Below are positions 12,640 through 22,534 of a stretch of 64,000 nt of DNA, piece after piece. Source of the DNA: an uncultured Eubacteriales bacterium (GTDB lineage: Bacteria; Bacillota; Clostridia; Christensenellales; UBA1242); contig CAQIDI010000001.1 of NCBI GenBank assembly GCA_948806215.1, positions 73,115 to 137,114 on the forward strand. The letters are read 5' to 3'. Position numbers and translations under genes: made by a program. Each line of letters begins with the position of its first letter. The first letter of the stretch is position 1. Under the pieces are notes generated by a model, which made no database searches, was not told where the DNA came from, and saw only the letters and a list, made by a program, of their open reading frames with translations.

Positions 12640-12993
12640 TTAAGCTAGTTTTGATTTTGCTGTTTCAACTAATTTAGCAAAAGCATTTGCATCGTTAAGT
12701 GCAAGGTCTGCTAAAACTTTACGGTTAAGATTAATGTTGGCAAGTTTTAAGCCGTGCATAAATTTTGAATATGAAATATTGTTTAAACGGCAACCTGCGT
12801 TAATTCTTGCAATCCAAAGTTGACGGAAATCACGCTTTTTTAATCTACGGCCAACATATGCATATTGACCACTTTTCATAACTGCTTGGTTAGCTACACG
12901 ATATAAGTGACCACGAGCGCCACGATATCCTTTAGCTGCTTTTAATACTTTTTTGCGATTTTTGTTCGCATTAACTGCTCTTTTAACTCTCAT
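12640..12993 (-). CDS. rplT: 50S ribosomal protein L20
   Basis: 117 aa. [18 protein letters not shown]..., the canonical L20 sequence. Confidence 0.95.
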   Translation of the reverse strand: MRVKRAVNANKNRKKVLKAAKGYRGARGHLYRVANQAVMKSGQYAYVGRRLKKRDFRQLWIARINAGCRLNNISYSKFMHGLKLANINLNRKVLADLALNDANAFAKLVETAKSKLA

Positions 12994-13004
12994 TGCTATT
13001 CTCC

Positions 13005-13199
13005 TTATTGATTTAACATACCTTTAATGTTTTTCTCGTCGGCTTTGCTAACATAAGCTGGTTGACGTAAAGCCATTTTGCGAGCTGGCTCTTTTTTAGT
13101 TAAAATGTGACGACGGTTTTGACGATTACGTTTAACAACACCAGATGGTTTTACTGAAAAACGTTTTTTAGCTGTGCTTCTTGTTTTTTGTTTTGGCAT
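13005..13199 (-). CDS. rpmI: 50S ribosomal protein L35
   Basis: 64 aa. [14 protein letters not shown]..., the canonical L35 sequence. Confidence 0.95.
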   Translation of the reverse strand: MPKQKTRSTAKKRFSVKPSGVVKRNRQNRRHILTKKEPARKMALRQPAYVSKADEKNIKGMLNQ

Positions 13200-13224
13200 A
13201 ATAAAATATCTCCTTGTAAAAAAT

Positions 13225-13737
13225 TTATTTTGTGTTTTTTGGTGAAATAACCATTATTATTTGTTTTCCGTTAATTGCTGCTGGTGATGTTACTTCCCCA
13301 ACATCGCTTAACATTTCAGCAAATTTTTGCATTATAGGCATACCTAATTGAGGATTTGCTAATTGCCTACCAAACATACGTAGAACAACTTTAACTTTAT
13401 CGCCGTTAGTTAAAAATTTTCTAACGTTTTTTGCTTTAAATTGTAGGTCGTTATCGGCAATGTTCATACTTAATTGCATACCCTTAACTTCGGCAACCTT
13501 TTGTTTTTTCTTAGCTTCTTTTTCACGCTTTAGCATATCGAACCTATATTTGCCATAGTCCATAACTTTGCAAACAGGTGGAACTGCAACAGGCGAAATT
13601 AAAACTAAATCAAGTTCTTGCTCTTCGGCAATTTTTTTTGCTTCGGCTAATGATACAATACCATAAGTAACACCATTTTCACCGTTTAAGCGAACTTCCT
13701 TAGCACTAATTTGCTCGTTAATAAGTAAATCTTTAAT
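13225..13737 (-). CDS. infC: translation initiation factor IF-3 (ATT start)
   Basis: The IF-3 sequence begins at KDLLINEQISAKEVRL. ATT at 13737 has GGGGG 9 nt upstream. The ORF-track ATG at 13797 lies inside the leader terminator hairpin. Confidence 0.9.
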   Translation of the reverse strand: MKDLLINEQISAKEVRLNGENGVTYGIVSLAEAKKIAEEQELDLVLISPVAVPPVCKVMDYGKYRFDMLKREKEAKKKQKVAEVKGMQLSMNIADNDLQFKAKNVRKFLTNGDKVKVVLRMFGRQLANPQLGMPIMQKFAEMLSDVGEVTSPAAINGKQIIMVISPKNTK

Positions 13738-13899
13738 GGCTGGATACCCCCTTAAAATATTTTCAAAGTTGAAAATTGTCACAAAAAAAGTGAGCATAGT
13801 TCACGCCCACTTTTCAATTCAAAACAAAATAATAAAAATGTTTTGACCAAACCAAGACGAAACCTGTTTGGTGAGAAGTGGCCTTCTACTTTGATTAAC
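13738..13899 (-). promoter_or_regulatory. infC-rpmI-rplT leader, L20-leader-like transcription attenuator
   Basis: About 160-nt leader with hairpins (GAAGgccaCTTC, CCAAAC...GTTTGG). It ends in the terminator AAAAGTGGGCG-loop-GCTCACTTTTTTT (13782-13814) just upstream of the infC SD. Firmicute infC operons are known to use such an L20-sensing leader. Confidence 0.5.
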
Positions 13900-13905
13900 G
13901 ATTAG

Positions 13906-13934
13906 ATTATAGTTAAATTAAATTTAAAAGTCAA
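13906..13934 (-). promoter_or_regulatory. sigma-A-type promoter of the infC operon
   Basis: Minus strand: TTGACT (13934-13929), 17-nt spacer, TATAAT (13911-13906). Confidence 0.6.
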
Positions 13935-13950
13935 CATTTTTTATTAATTT

Positions 13951-16344
13951 TTATTTATTTCTTATTGCATCAATTGGTTTTTTATGTGCAATTCGTGTTA
14001 CAGGAATAAAGGTTGAAATAAATGCTGCCACAACCGCTACGCCTAAGATTAATGCTATTTGAATAGGTCCAAAGCCAAGTAGTGAAACAAGCAAGCCTTG
14101 ACCACGCAAATAACCATTTAAAAATATTATTACTCCAGCCGAAATTATGGTTGCAAGCACCGAGTTAATAAGAGCAATTATTAGCGATTCGTTAAAGAAT
14201 ATTCCAAACACATCGGAGCTTCTTGCTCCAACTGCCCTTAAAATTCCTATTTCGCGTTTTTTATAACTGATTGATGTTGTTATATAGTTAAATAATAGTA
14301 GTGATGCAAAACAAGCAAAACCTATTCCTACATAAAATAATACTTGTGCAACTTGAGTTAAAATTTCATCAAAACTATTCAAAATATAAGATGCTGCATT
14401 TTGAATTTGATATTTATAGTTACCGTTTTTATAATCCACAACATAATTAATAAGTTCAGTATCTTGCTTATCGCTTATTATTGGAGTTTGAATAAAGTTA
14501 TAGTTTTTGGCACTGTTTTTAAATAAATCTTCGCTAATAAAAAATGAGTTTGACAAAGATAAACGAGTTATGGCTTCTAATTCGCCAATTAAAAATTGGC
14601 TTGTCATATCGTAATTAAAGTTTTCGTTTTTTAGTATTTCGTAACGGCTAAAATCGGTGTTGGTATTAATAACTCCAACAATTTTAAAACTAAAATAATG
14701 ATCCTCGTTTTCGCTAACAAAATTTTCTAAATAAATTTCTAGTTCACGATTTATTATATCGGTTGCTTTATTAATTGTTGCAGTTTCGTAACCGCCAATT
14801 TCTGAATTATATTCTGTTGATTTATAACCTAACTTTTTAAACACTTCTAACTGATAATCGGTTATGGCAATTTCATTAACGCTACCAGTAGTTGCTTTTG
14901 GAAGCGAACCAGTTACTGTGTAACCCAATTCGTTTAAAATTGTGTTATTAATATAAGCAAAACCATTTGCATTTTCTCTATAAAAATAAGAATTTGTATA
15001 CTTATTTGTGTTAGAGCTATAGCTGATTCCGTTGTTATAATAATATGTATCATCTTCATTAACGCTTTTAAATGTAAAGGACGGAATAAAGGTTCGATCG
15101 AACTTATCTTTATAATCTGTTACATCCTGATTTGTTAAAGGCGTTAAAGAATAGTAGTCGTATTCATCCTTTTCTTGTTTTATAATTGATATATAATTAA
15201 TATCACTTTCTTTAATTGATCTATAAGTTGCACTTGCTAAGTTATAAGAACTAAGTGCCGAAACAAAACCAAACATTGCAAAAGCAAGTGAAGAAAGAAG
15301 AATTGTTAAAAACAAGCGAAACTTTTTGTGTTTAAGTGCACTTGCACCCATTTTAATACTATCTTTTAATGGCATATGCGATTTTTTTAGTTGCAAATCG
15401 TTATAGCCATATTGCTTTATTGGAAGTGTGTGAATATTGGTTTTATCAAAATATGTTGAGCTACCATCATCGGAAAGTTTTAATTGTTTTTTAACTTCGG
15501 ATGTTGACCTTTGGCTTAGTGGAATAACTGCATCGCTACTTTTTGTTATGTTGTTTAAAACCTTGGTTATGTAATAAAATTCCGACATTGTTATGTTATG
15601 CCCTTGTTTTATTATAACCGCTTTATCATCAACAATGTTAACCCCTGCAACAATTTCGCGTGGTGCTGTTTTATATTTTTGAACATCCGATATTATTTCG
15701 CCGTCGGCAAGTTCAATAATTCTATCGGCATAAATTTCGGCAAATTCACGATCGTGCGAAACAACTATCACTAGTTTATCACGCGATAGGTTTTTAAGCG
15801 TGTTAAAAACTTGTTTACCAGTTTTGCTATCAAGAGCACCTGTTGGTTCGTCCGCCATAATGATTTCTGGGTTTTTAATAAGTGCGCGCGCTATTGCTAC
15901 GCGTTGTTTTTGACCACCACTAAGTTCGTTTGGTTTTCGGCTATAGTAACCTTCTAACCCAACATCGATTAAAGCTTTTTCAATTTGAAATTTATCAAAT
16001 TTTTGATTTTGCAGTTCTAGTGCTAGTTCTATGTTTTTTCCAACACTAAACTCATCTAAAATATTATAATCCTGAAAAATAAACCCAATTAATGTGTTAC
16101 GATAAGAATCAAAATCGCTTTGTTTAAAGTTTAAACTGGATTTTCCTTTTATAATAAGTTCTCCGCTATCGTAAGTATCTAGCCCACCAAGCAAATGTAA
16201 TAATGTTGATTTACCACTACCCGATTTTCCTAGAATAAAAACCATTCCTCTATCTTCAATAGTTAGATTAATGTTTTTTAAGGCTTGAACCTGCACCCCT
16301 TTTTTTGTTTTATAGGTTTTGCTTACATTTTTTATTTCAATCAT
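13951..16344 (-). CDS. fused ABC transporter ATP-binding/permease protein (MacB/FtsX-like)
   Basis: 797 aa. N-terminal ATPase (GKSGSGKST, LSGGQKQRVAIARAL, ADEPTGALD). Then a TM segment, a large extracytoplasmic domain and a C-terminal FtsX-type 3-TM block. Confidence 0.85.
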   Translation of the reverse strand: MIEIKNVSKTYKTKKGVQVQALKNINLTIEDRGMVFILGKSGSGKSTLLHLLGGLDTYDSGELIIKGKSSLNFKQSDFDSYRNTLIGFIFQDYNILDEFSVGKNIELALELQNQKFDKFQIEKALIDVGLEGYYSRKPNELSGGQKQRVAIARALIKNPEIIMADEPTGALDSKTGKQVFNTLKNLSRDKLVIVVSHDREFAEIYADRIIELADGEIISDVQKYKTAPREIVAGVNIVDDKAVIIKQGHNITMSEFYYITKVLNNITKSSDAVIPLSQRSTSEVKKQLKLSDDGSSTYFDKTNIHTLPIKQYGYNDLQLKKSHMPLKDSIKMGASALKHKKFRLFLTILLSSLAFAMFGFVSALSSYNLASATYRSIKESDINYISIIKQEKDEYDYYSLTPLTNQDVTDYKDKFDRTFIPSFTFKSVNEDDTYYYNNGISYSSNTNKYTNSYFYRENANGFAYINNTILNELGYTVTGSLPKATTGSVNEIAITDYQLEVFKKLGYKSTEYNSEIGGYETATINKATDIINRELEIYLENFVSENEDHYFSFKIVGVINTNTDFSRYEILKNENFNYDMTSQFLIGELEAITRLSLSNSFFISEDLFKNSAKNYNFIQTPIISDKQDTELINYVVDYKNGNYKYQIQNAASYILNSFDEILTQVAQVLFYVGIGFACFASLLLFNYITTSISYKKREIGILRAVGARSSDVFGIFFNESLIIALINSVLATIISAGVIIFLNGYLRGQGLLVSLLGFGPIQIALILGVAVVAAFISTFIPVTRIAHKKPIDAIRNK

Positions 16345-16411
16345 TTTTTTGTTCCTATTTGAAACTAAAATTAAAATGCATATTTATGCAAAAATATGCA
16401 TTTTAATTATT

Positions 16412-18139
16412 CTAGTTTAATTTTCTATTTTTAATTTCGCTATTTAGTTCTTCAATAAAGTTTTCAAGTGTTTTGCTTCCCATATCGCCTTTAACACGAG
16501 ATCTAACTGCAACTAAGTTTTCATCGCGTTCTTTATCGCCAATAACAATCATATATGGAATTTTTTCTAGTTGAGCTTCTCTAATTTTTTTGCCAATTTT
16601 TTCGTTGCGGTCGTCAAATTCTACTCTGACTCCTGCTTTGTTTAGTTTTTCGTAAACTTGTTTAGCATAGTCGTAGTTAGAATCGGCAATATTTAAAATT
16701 TTAACCTGAACAGGTGCAAGCCAAGTTGGGAATGCTCCTGCAAAGTTCTCAATTAAAACAGCAATCATACGCTCAAGCGAACCATAAACAACACGGTGTA
16801 TCATAATTGGTTCTTTTAAACTTCCATCGCTATCTACATATGTTAAATTAAAGCGTTTTGGAAGTTGCATATCTAACTGAATTGTTCCACATTGCCATTC
16901 GCGACCAATGCAATCGGTTACGTGAATATCAATTTTAGGACCATAGAATGCACCATCTCCAGCATTTATTTTATAATCTAGTCCCATATTCTTAAGTGCG
17001 TTAGAAAGTGCAGTTTCTGCCATTTCCCACTCTCTTAATTCACCAATATGGTTTTCTGGCATAGTAGAAAGCTCAACTGAGTATTTTAAACCAAAAGTTG
17101 TGTAAACCCTATCAATTAACGACATAACATTTTTTATTTCGCTTTCGATTTGGCTTGGAAGCATAAAAATGTGAGCGTCATCTTGAGTAAAACATCTAAC
17201 ACGAAGTAGTCCGCTAAGAGTTCCACTTGCTTCGTGGCGATGAACTTTTCCAAGTTCGCCAACTCTTAATGGAAATTCTTTGTAAGAATGAATGCTTTGT
17301 TGATAATATAACATTCCACCCGGACAATTCATTGGTTTAATTGCAAAAGTATCGTCTTCTACAGTGAAAGTGTACATATTTGATTTATAGTGATCCCAAT
17401 GTCCGCTAACTTCCCAAAGTTCTCTGTTCATAGCCATTGGAGTTTCGATTTCGATATAACCTGCATCTTTATGAACTTCACGCCAAAAATCGATTAATGT
17501 GTTTTTTAAGGTTAATCCCTTTGGCATATATGTTGGCATACCTTTTGAATAATCTGAAATAAAGTATAGTCCAAGTTCTTTGCCAAGTTTGCGATGGTCA
17601 CGCTTTAATGCTTCTTCTAGCATATGTTTATATTCTTTAAGTTCATCTTTAGTGTTGAATGCATAAACATAAACGCGTTGCATCATTTTATTTTTTTCGC
17701 TACCCTTCCAATAAGCACCAGAAACACGGTTTATTGAGTAAGCACAACTACGCAACATTTTTGTGTTTTCAACGTGTGGTCCACGGCATAAATCGGTAAA
17801 CTTATCGCCAACGCTATAAATAGAAATTGTTCCGTCTTCTAAATCGGAAATAAGTTCCACTTTATAAGGTTGATCGGCAAACATTTTTAAAGCTTCTGCT
17901 TTAGAAATTTCTTGTTTAGTAATGTCTAAGTTGCTATTAATTATTTCTTGCATTTTGTTTTCGATGTTTTTAAAATCATCGGGTGTTAACGCTTTTTCCA
18001 TATCAAAGTCGTAGTAAAAGCCGTTATCAATAGCTGGGCCAATGCCAAATAAAACATTGCCATATAGTTCCTTAACTGCAGCTGCTAAAACGTGACTTAA
18101 GCTATGGCGTTTAACGCTAATATCATTTTTTAATTCCAT
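16412..18139 (-). CDS. thrS: threonine--tRNA ligase (no N-terminal TGS domain)
   Basis: 575 aa. Starts at the editing-domain motif RHSLSHVLAAAV and has class II core motifs. AGGAGG lies 8 nt upstream of the ATG. Confidence 0.95.
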   Translation of the reverse strand: MELKNDISVKRHSLSHVLAAAVKELYGNVLFGIGPAIDNGFYYDFDMEKALTPDDFKNIENKMQEIINSNLDITKQEISKAEALKMFADQPYKVELISDLEDGTISIYSVGDKFTDLCRGPHVENTKMLRSCAYSINRVSGAYWKGSEKNKMMQRVYVYAFNTKDELKEYKHMLEEALKRDHRKLGKELGLYFISDYSKGMPTYMPKGLTLKNTLIDFWREVHKDAGYIEIETPMAMNRELWEVSGHWDHYKSNMYTFTVEDDTFAIKPMNCPGGMLYYQQSIHSYKEFPLRVGELGKVHRHEASGTLSGLLRVRCFTQDDAHIFMLPSQIESEIKNVMSLIDRVYTTFGLKYSVELSTMPENHIGELREWEMAETALSNALKNMGLDYKINAGDGAFYGPKIDIHVTDCIGREWQCGTIQLDMQLPKRFNLTYVDSDGSLKEPIMIHRVVYGSLERMIAVLIENFAGAFPTWLAPVQVKILNIADSNYDYAKQVYEKLNKAGVRVEFDDRNEKIGKKIREAQLEKIPYMIVIGDKERDENLVAVRSRVKGDMGSKTLENFIEELNSEIKNRKLN

Positions 18140-18204
18140 AAAAATATCCTCCTAAATTGCATTTATAATGCTTTTAAATTTCGGCTTTTATTTAATAGTT
18201 AAAC

Positions 18205-18434
18205 ACAAAAAAAGCCTTTGAAAAATTTTCAAAGGACGAATAATTATATCCGTGGTTCCACCTTAATTGCATAATGCCACTCTATTGTTTTAAGCGATAA
18301 AACAAACAAAAATCGTTTGGTGAAAAAGTGGTTTTACTAAATAATTATTGAAATTGCTCTCAGCCTAGGCAATTTTCTCTGTAACAATATAAATTACTAG
18401 TTACTTGTCTTTTTGTTAACCCAAATATTTAACT
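18205..18434 (-). promoter_or_regulatory. T-box leader (tRNA-Thr sensing) of thrS
   Basis: Minus strand: conserved T-box AATTAAGGTGGAACCACG (18251-18270). Terminator CCTTTGAAAA/TTTTCAAAGG plus U7 (18205-18236). Stem I elements AGAGA and GCTGAGAG. Candidate ACC specifier at 18330-18332. Confidence 0.8.
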
Positions 18435-18440
18435 GCAATT

Positions 18441-18470
18441 ATTATATATTTAAAATAATCAATAAGTCAA
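18441..18470 (-). promoter_or_regulatory. sigma-A-type promoter for the thrS leader
   Basis: Minus strand: TTGACT (18470-18465), 18-nt spacer, TATAAT (18446-18441). Confidence 0.5.
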
Positions 18471-18472
18471 CA

Positions 18473-19195
18473 CTAAACTAATAAATTTATTTTTTTATTA
18501 AACAAATAACTTAAAATTTTAAAAGTGTTTTCGCTAACACAACCCAAGCAATGAAAATTAATAATTTTAGGTGCTAGCGAAATTAGCGTTGTTATTAAAT
18601 TTATTTCCATATTTGATTTATTTAATGCATTATTTAGTTTTATTATTAAATTATTTTCATCTTTTAAAACAAAGGTTTCGCCATTGTAATAAATATTTAT
18701 TGCTTGCCTTTTTGGTGTTATGCTATCAATTAAAAATCTAATTAGTTCAATTAAAGTTTCGCTTTCGTAGTTCACGCCACTATTGGATGCAATATTTTTT
18801 ATTTCTGACCATTTTTGTTTTAATGCTTTGAGTTTAAAATTATAAAACGAACTTAAAATTAAATTATATTCAAGTTCCAGTTTTGAAAAAACATAGTAAA
18901 TATCGTCTTCATAATCAAACATAACCAAGCATTTTATTAATGCTTCGCTATATTCTTTTGATATCATAGTTAAATTTAAATTTGTTATAAAAAACTTTTC
19001 TTTATAAATTAAAACTATAATTTCGGATAATAAACTTTTTAATTGTTTTTTTACCTTAACTTTATTTTCGTTTGAACAAGCAACTGATAAGGTGTTGTTA
19101 AAAATAGAAAGAACCAAACAGTTTTCTAGGTTATCTTTAACATAGCTTAAATACTTAACATCGCCTTCTTCACAGGTTACATTAAATTCCCACAT
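18473..19195 (-). CDS. hypothetical protein, possibly YtxC-like (call rests on position)
   Basis: 240 aa, soluble. Immediately upstream of and co-oriented with thrS, as ytxC is in B. subtilis. No motif I can verify. Confidence 0.35.
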   Translation of the reverse strand: MWEFNVTCEEGDVKYLSYVKDNLENCLVLSIFNNTLSVACSNENKVKVKKQLKSLLSEIIVLIYKEKFFITNLNLTMISKEYSEALIKCLVMFDYEDDIYYVFSKLELEYNLILSSFYNFKLKALKQKWSEIKNIASNSGVNYESETLIELIRFLIDSITPKRQAINIYYNGETFVLKDENNLIIKLNNALNKSNMEINLITTLISLAPKIINFHCLGCVSENTFKILSYLFNKKINLLV

Positions 19196-19388
19196 AAATT
19201 CCCCTTAACAATGTTAGTTTATTCGAAAATGTAACCAAATATTTATGTGGACAAGTAAATTATAAAAAATTTTATTTTATTATTAAAATAGCCAAAATTA
19301 AACTTTTAAATAATTTAGAAAATTTTGTATTTATTACTATAAAAATTTAAAAAAATAAAAAAATAACGCAAAATTTATTTGCGCTATT

Positions 19389-19727
19389 TTATTCGCCATA
19401 GTTTCCGGTAACAACAATGTTACAATCTAGACCACAAACATTTTTTATTACAACATCGCCTGCTTTTGCCTTTTTAAGATGTACTTTTTCGATTTCGGCT
19501 AAAACATTATTTATCATATTTTTTGGAACTAGGTTTGTGGTTTTAACCGGAAGCACTCCCAAATCGGTTTTTATTAATGCTGTTACAACGCGTTGCGGGT
19601 TTGTTACTTCGTTTTTTCCATATGTTAAGCCACGAACACAACCATTGCCGGTTACTTTAACATTTTCGTTAGAACCACTAATTGTTAGTTCACAACCAAC
19701 TGGGCACATAATACAAACAGTTTTCAT
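19389..19727 (-). CDS. DUF1667-type small Cys-rich protein of the GlpA-like dehydrogenase set
   Basis: 112 aa. N-terminal CIMCPVGC cluster. Third gene of the conserved trio of FAD oxidoreductase, pyridine-nucleotide oxidoreductase and DUF1667 protein. Confidence 0.7.
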   Translation of the reverse strand: MKTVCIMCPVGCELTISGSNENVKVTGNGCVRGLTYGKNEVTNPQRVVTALIKTDLGVLPVKTTNLVPKNMINNVLAEIEKVHLKKAKAGDVVIKNVCGLDCNIVVTGNYGE

Positions 19728-20950
19728 TACATTCCCTCCTTAACATAAACAGTTAAGTTTCCTGTTATTTTCGATTTATCAATAATGGCCTTTTGCATTT
19801 CGCCAGCATTAGCTGCCAAAACATATTTTTTAAATATATCGTTATCGCCGCATTTAATACAAATCCAACTTTTTTCAATACGAGTTTTAACACGGAAATA
19901 AATAGTTAAATCTCCTTTTTTATTATCGAATGCTTGTGTTGGAGAACAATATCTTATTCCGCTACCAGCTTCGATTGTTATTGAATTTGAATAATCTAAC
20001 TTACCTTTAGCACAAAGTGCAGCATATTGCCCTGTTAGAATACTTTCTTCTGTAACATTATCAACCAAATCGTGAACGTGCAACACATTACCGCACGAAA
20101 ACACATTTTTTAAATTTGTTTCACGATATTCGTTAACAAAAGCACCATTAGTAAATGGATTTATATTTAACCCCTTAACTAAATCGGTTTCGGGAATTAA
20201 TCCAACTGAAAGCACAACGCAATCGCATTTAACAATTTGTTTGGTTTCGATTAGTGGTTTTAAATTATCAACTTTAACAACCTCTACTCCGGTTACTCGT
20301 TTATCACCTAACACATTTAAAATGGTGTGATTTAATTTTAATGGAATATTGTTATCGTTTAAGCACTGAACAATGTTTCGTTTAAGTCCGCCAGATTCGT
20401 TCATAATTTCTAACACCATTAACACTTTTGCACCTTCATATGTTAATCGGCGAGCCATAATTAAACCAATATCTCCACTACCTAAAATAACAACTCGTTT
20501 CCCTGGAAGTTTGCCGTGAATGTTAACCATTTTTTGAACTTGACCAGCAGTATATAATCCAACTGGGCGAGAACCTGTTAAAGTTATTCCTGCCGGAGTT
20601 TTTTCGCGACAACCCATTGCCAAAACAATAGCTTTTGCTTTTATATCGGTTTGCCCTTGTTCATTTAAAATTGTAACAGTATTATTATTAATGTTAACAA
20701 CAAAAGTTGAAAGTAAAATTTCCACATCGGATTTTTTTATTAGTTTTGCAAAACGCAAAGCATATTCTGGTCCAGTTAGTTCTTGCTTAAAATAATGCAA
20801 TCCAAAACCATTATGAATGCATTGATTTAAAATGCCACCAAGTTTTGCTTCTCGTTCGATAAGCAAAGTTTTAGCACCATTTTTTGAACTTTCTATTGCT
20901 GCGGCCATTCCAGCTGGTCCGCCACCAATTACTACAACATCGTAATTCAT
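19727..20950 (-). CDS. FAD/NAD(P)-dependent pyridine nucleotide-disulfide oxidoreductase
   Basis: 407 aa. Two Rossmann dinucleotide motifs: VVVIGGGPAGMAAA and VVILGSGDIGLIMA. Confidence 0.8.
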   Translation of the reverse strand: MNYDVVVIGGGPAGMAAAIESSKNGAKTLLIEREAKLGGILNQCIHNGFGLHYFKQELTGPEYALRFAKLIKKSDVEILLSTFVVNINNNTVTILNEQGQTDIKAKAIVLAMGCREKTPAGITLTGSRPVGLYTAGQVQKMVNIHGKLPGKRVVILGSGDIGLIMARRLTYEGAKVLMVLEIMNESGGLKRNIVQCLNDNNIPLKLNHTILNVLGDKRVTGVEVVKVDNLKPLIETKQIVKCDCVVLSVGLIPETDLVKGLNINPFTNGAFVNEYRETNLKNVFSCGNVLHVHDLVDNVTEESILTGQYAALCAKGKLDYSNSITIEAGSGIRYCSPTQAFDNKKGDLTIYFRVKTRIEKSWICIKCGDNDIFKKYVLAANAGEMQKAIIDKSKITGNLTVYVKEGM

Positions 20951-20961
20951 ATTAAATCCCC

Positions 20962-22365
20962 TTACTTAATATTTTCCACATAAAAGTTTGAGCCTATGTT
21001 TTCTTTGTTAACTTCCATTTCGGAAATATTATAATTTTTTGCAATGGCACTAATAACTCTTGTTAAGCAAAATCCGCCTTGGCAACGCCCCATTCCGGCA
21101 TATACTCTGCGTTTTATTGCATCAACACTTTTTGGTTTTAACGGAGAATTTAAAGCTTCTTTAATTTCGCCCAGAGTAACTTTTTCGCACTTGCAAATAA
21201 TTTTCCCGTAATCAGGGTTTTTACTAACTAACTTATTTATTTGTTTTTTATTTAACTCAGAAACAACTGTATATGGTTTTCTTGGTTTCATTTTCTTTTC
21301 TGTATTATTTAATCCTAGCAAATTTAATGCAACATAGTTTGCTATTGCTGGTGCTGAACTTAAACCCGGCGAACAAATTCCGGCAATGTTTATAACATTG
21401 TTTTTTAGTTTGGATTTTTCAACTATAAAATCGCTACCACAAATAACTCGAACGCCAGAAAAGTTACGAATTGATTGTTTGAAAGGAATATCTTTTATTG
21501 TTTTTAACGCTTTTTGTTTTATTTCGGCTAGCCCTTCTGGAGTGGTTATAGTTAAAGTATCACTATCGTAAGATGTTGGACCAACCAAAATTTCACCGTG
21601 TGAAGTTGGAGTAACTAGCACGCCTTTTGATTTTTCGTCTGGTAATGGAAAAACTGTTAAGTTTGTTAAAAAGTTTGCAGTGTTATCTAGCAAAAAATAT
21701 TCCCCACGCCTAAAGTTTGTTTCGTAAGTTTCTGCACCAATAATTTTTGCCATATCGTTATAGCCTGCTGCTGCAGAGTTAATTATTACTTTTGCCTCAA
21801 TATTAAAGTTTTTACCGCTTAGCAAATAATGCTCGCCACACTTTTTTACTTTTGTTATTTCAGTGTTAAAAAACACTTTAGCTCCATTAATAACCGCTTG
21901 TTCGGCAAGTGCTACTGTTAACATAAATGGTGACACAATGCCCGAGGTTTTTGCATATAATCCGCAAGTTACATCGTCGGCTAAATGTGGCACTAACTCT
22001 AATAGCCTATCTCTAGTTAAAATCTCTATCCCATCAACGCCATTTTTAATGCCGCGATTATAAAGTTCGGTAACCATTTTTTTATTGTTTCCAACAACAA
22101 CTGCTCCACAATTTTTATAGCTTACTCCAAGTTCTTTGGCTAAACCATAAACTAAAGGGTTTCCTTCCACATTAAATTTTGCTTTTAGGGTGTTTGGTTT
22201 ACAATCAAATCCTGCGTGAACAATTCCACTGTTTGCTCGGCTTGCACCTAATGCAACATCGTCGCCTTTTTCGATTAATGCAACATTTTGATTTAACCTA
22301 GTTAATTTATTTAAAATGGCACAGCCAACAACTCCACCACCAATAATTACTGCATCGTAAATCAT
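20962..22365 (-). CDS. FAD-dependent glycerol-3-phosphate dehydrogenase-like oxidoreductase with BFD-type [2Fe-2S] domain
   Basis: 467 aa. AVIIGGGVVGCA FAD motif. C-terminal ICKCEKVTLGEI...GRCQGGFC. Divergent from glpK. Confidence 0.8.
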   Translation of the reverse strand: MIYDAVIIGGGVVGCAILNKLTRLNQNVALIEKGDDVALGASRANSGIVHAGFDCKPNTLKAKFNVEGNPLVYGLAKELGVSYKNCGAVVVGNNKKMVTELYNRGIKNGVDGIEILTRDRLLELVPHLADDVTCGLYAKTSGIVSPFMLTVALAEQAVINGAKVFFNTEITKVKKCGEHYLLSGKNFNIEAKVIINSAAAGYNDMAKIIGAETYETNFRRGEYFLLDNTANFLTNLTVFPLPDEKSKGVLVTPTSHGEILVGPTSYDSDTLTITTPEGLAEIKQKALKTIKDIPFKQSIRNFSGVRVICGSDFIVEKSKLKNNVINIAGICSPGLSSAPAIANYVALNLLGLNNTEKKMKPRKPYTVVSELNKKQINKLVSKNPDYGKIICKCEKVTLGEIKEALNSPLKPKSVDAIKRRVYAGMGRCQGGFCLTRVISAIAKNYNISEMEVNKENIGSNFYVENIK

Positions 22366-22479
22366 ATTTAACCTCCAACTAGTTAATCAAATATTTTCTA
22401 TAGTAATTATAGCAAAATTAATTAAATTTAATAAACGATTAATTATATATAGTTAAAAAAACATTAAAGATTATTTGTT

Positions 22480-22507
22480 TTGTTAATTTTTGTAAATTTG
22501 ATACAAT
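22480..22507 (+). promoter_or_regulatory. candidate promoter for glpK
   Basis: TTGTTA (22480-22485), 16-nt spacer, TGATACAAT extended -10 (-10 hexamer at 22502-22507). Confidence 0.4.
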
Positions 22508-22534
22508 TATATTAGATGTTTTAGGAGATTTAAA

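Noticed and set aside
19236-19250. DnaA-box-like TGTGGACAA, read as a possible origin signal
   Set aside because: It is a single imperfect box with no cluster and no adjacent dnaA/dnaN or AT-rich unwinding element context.
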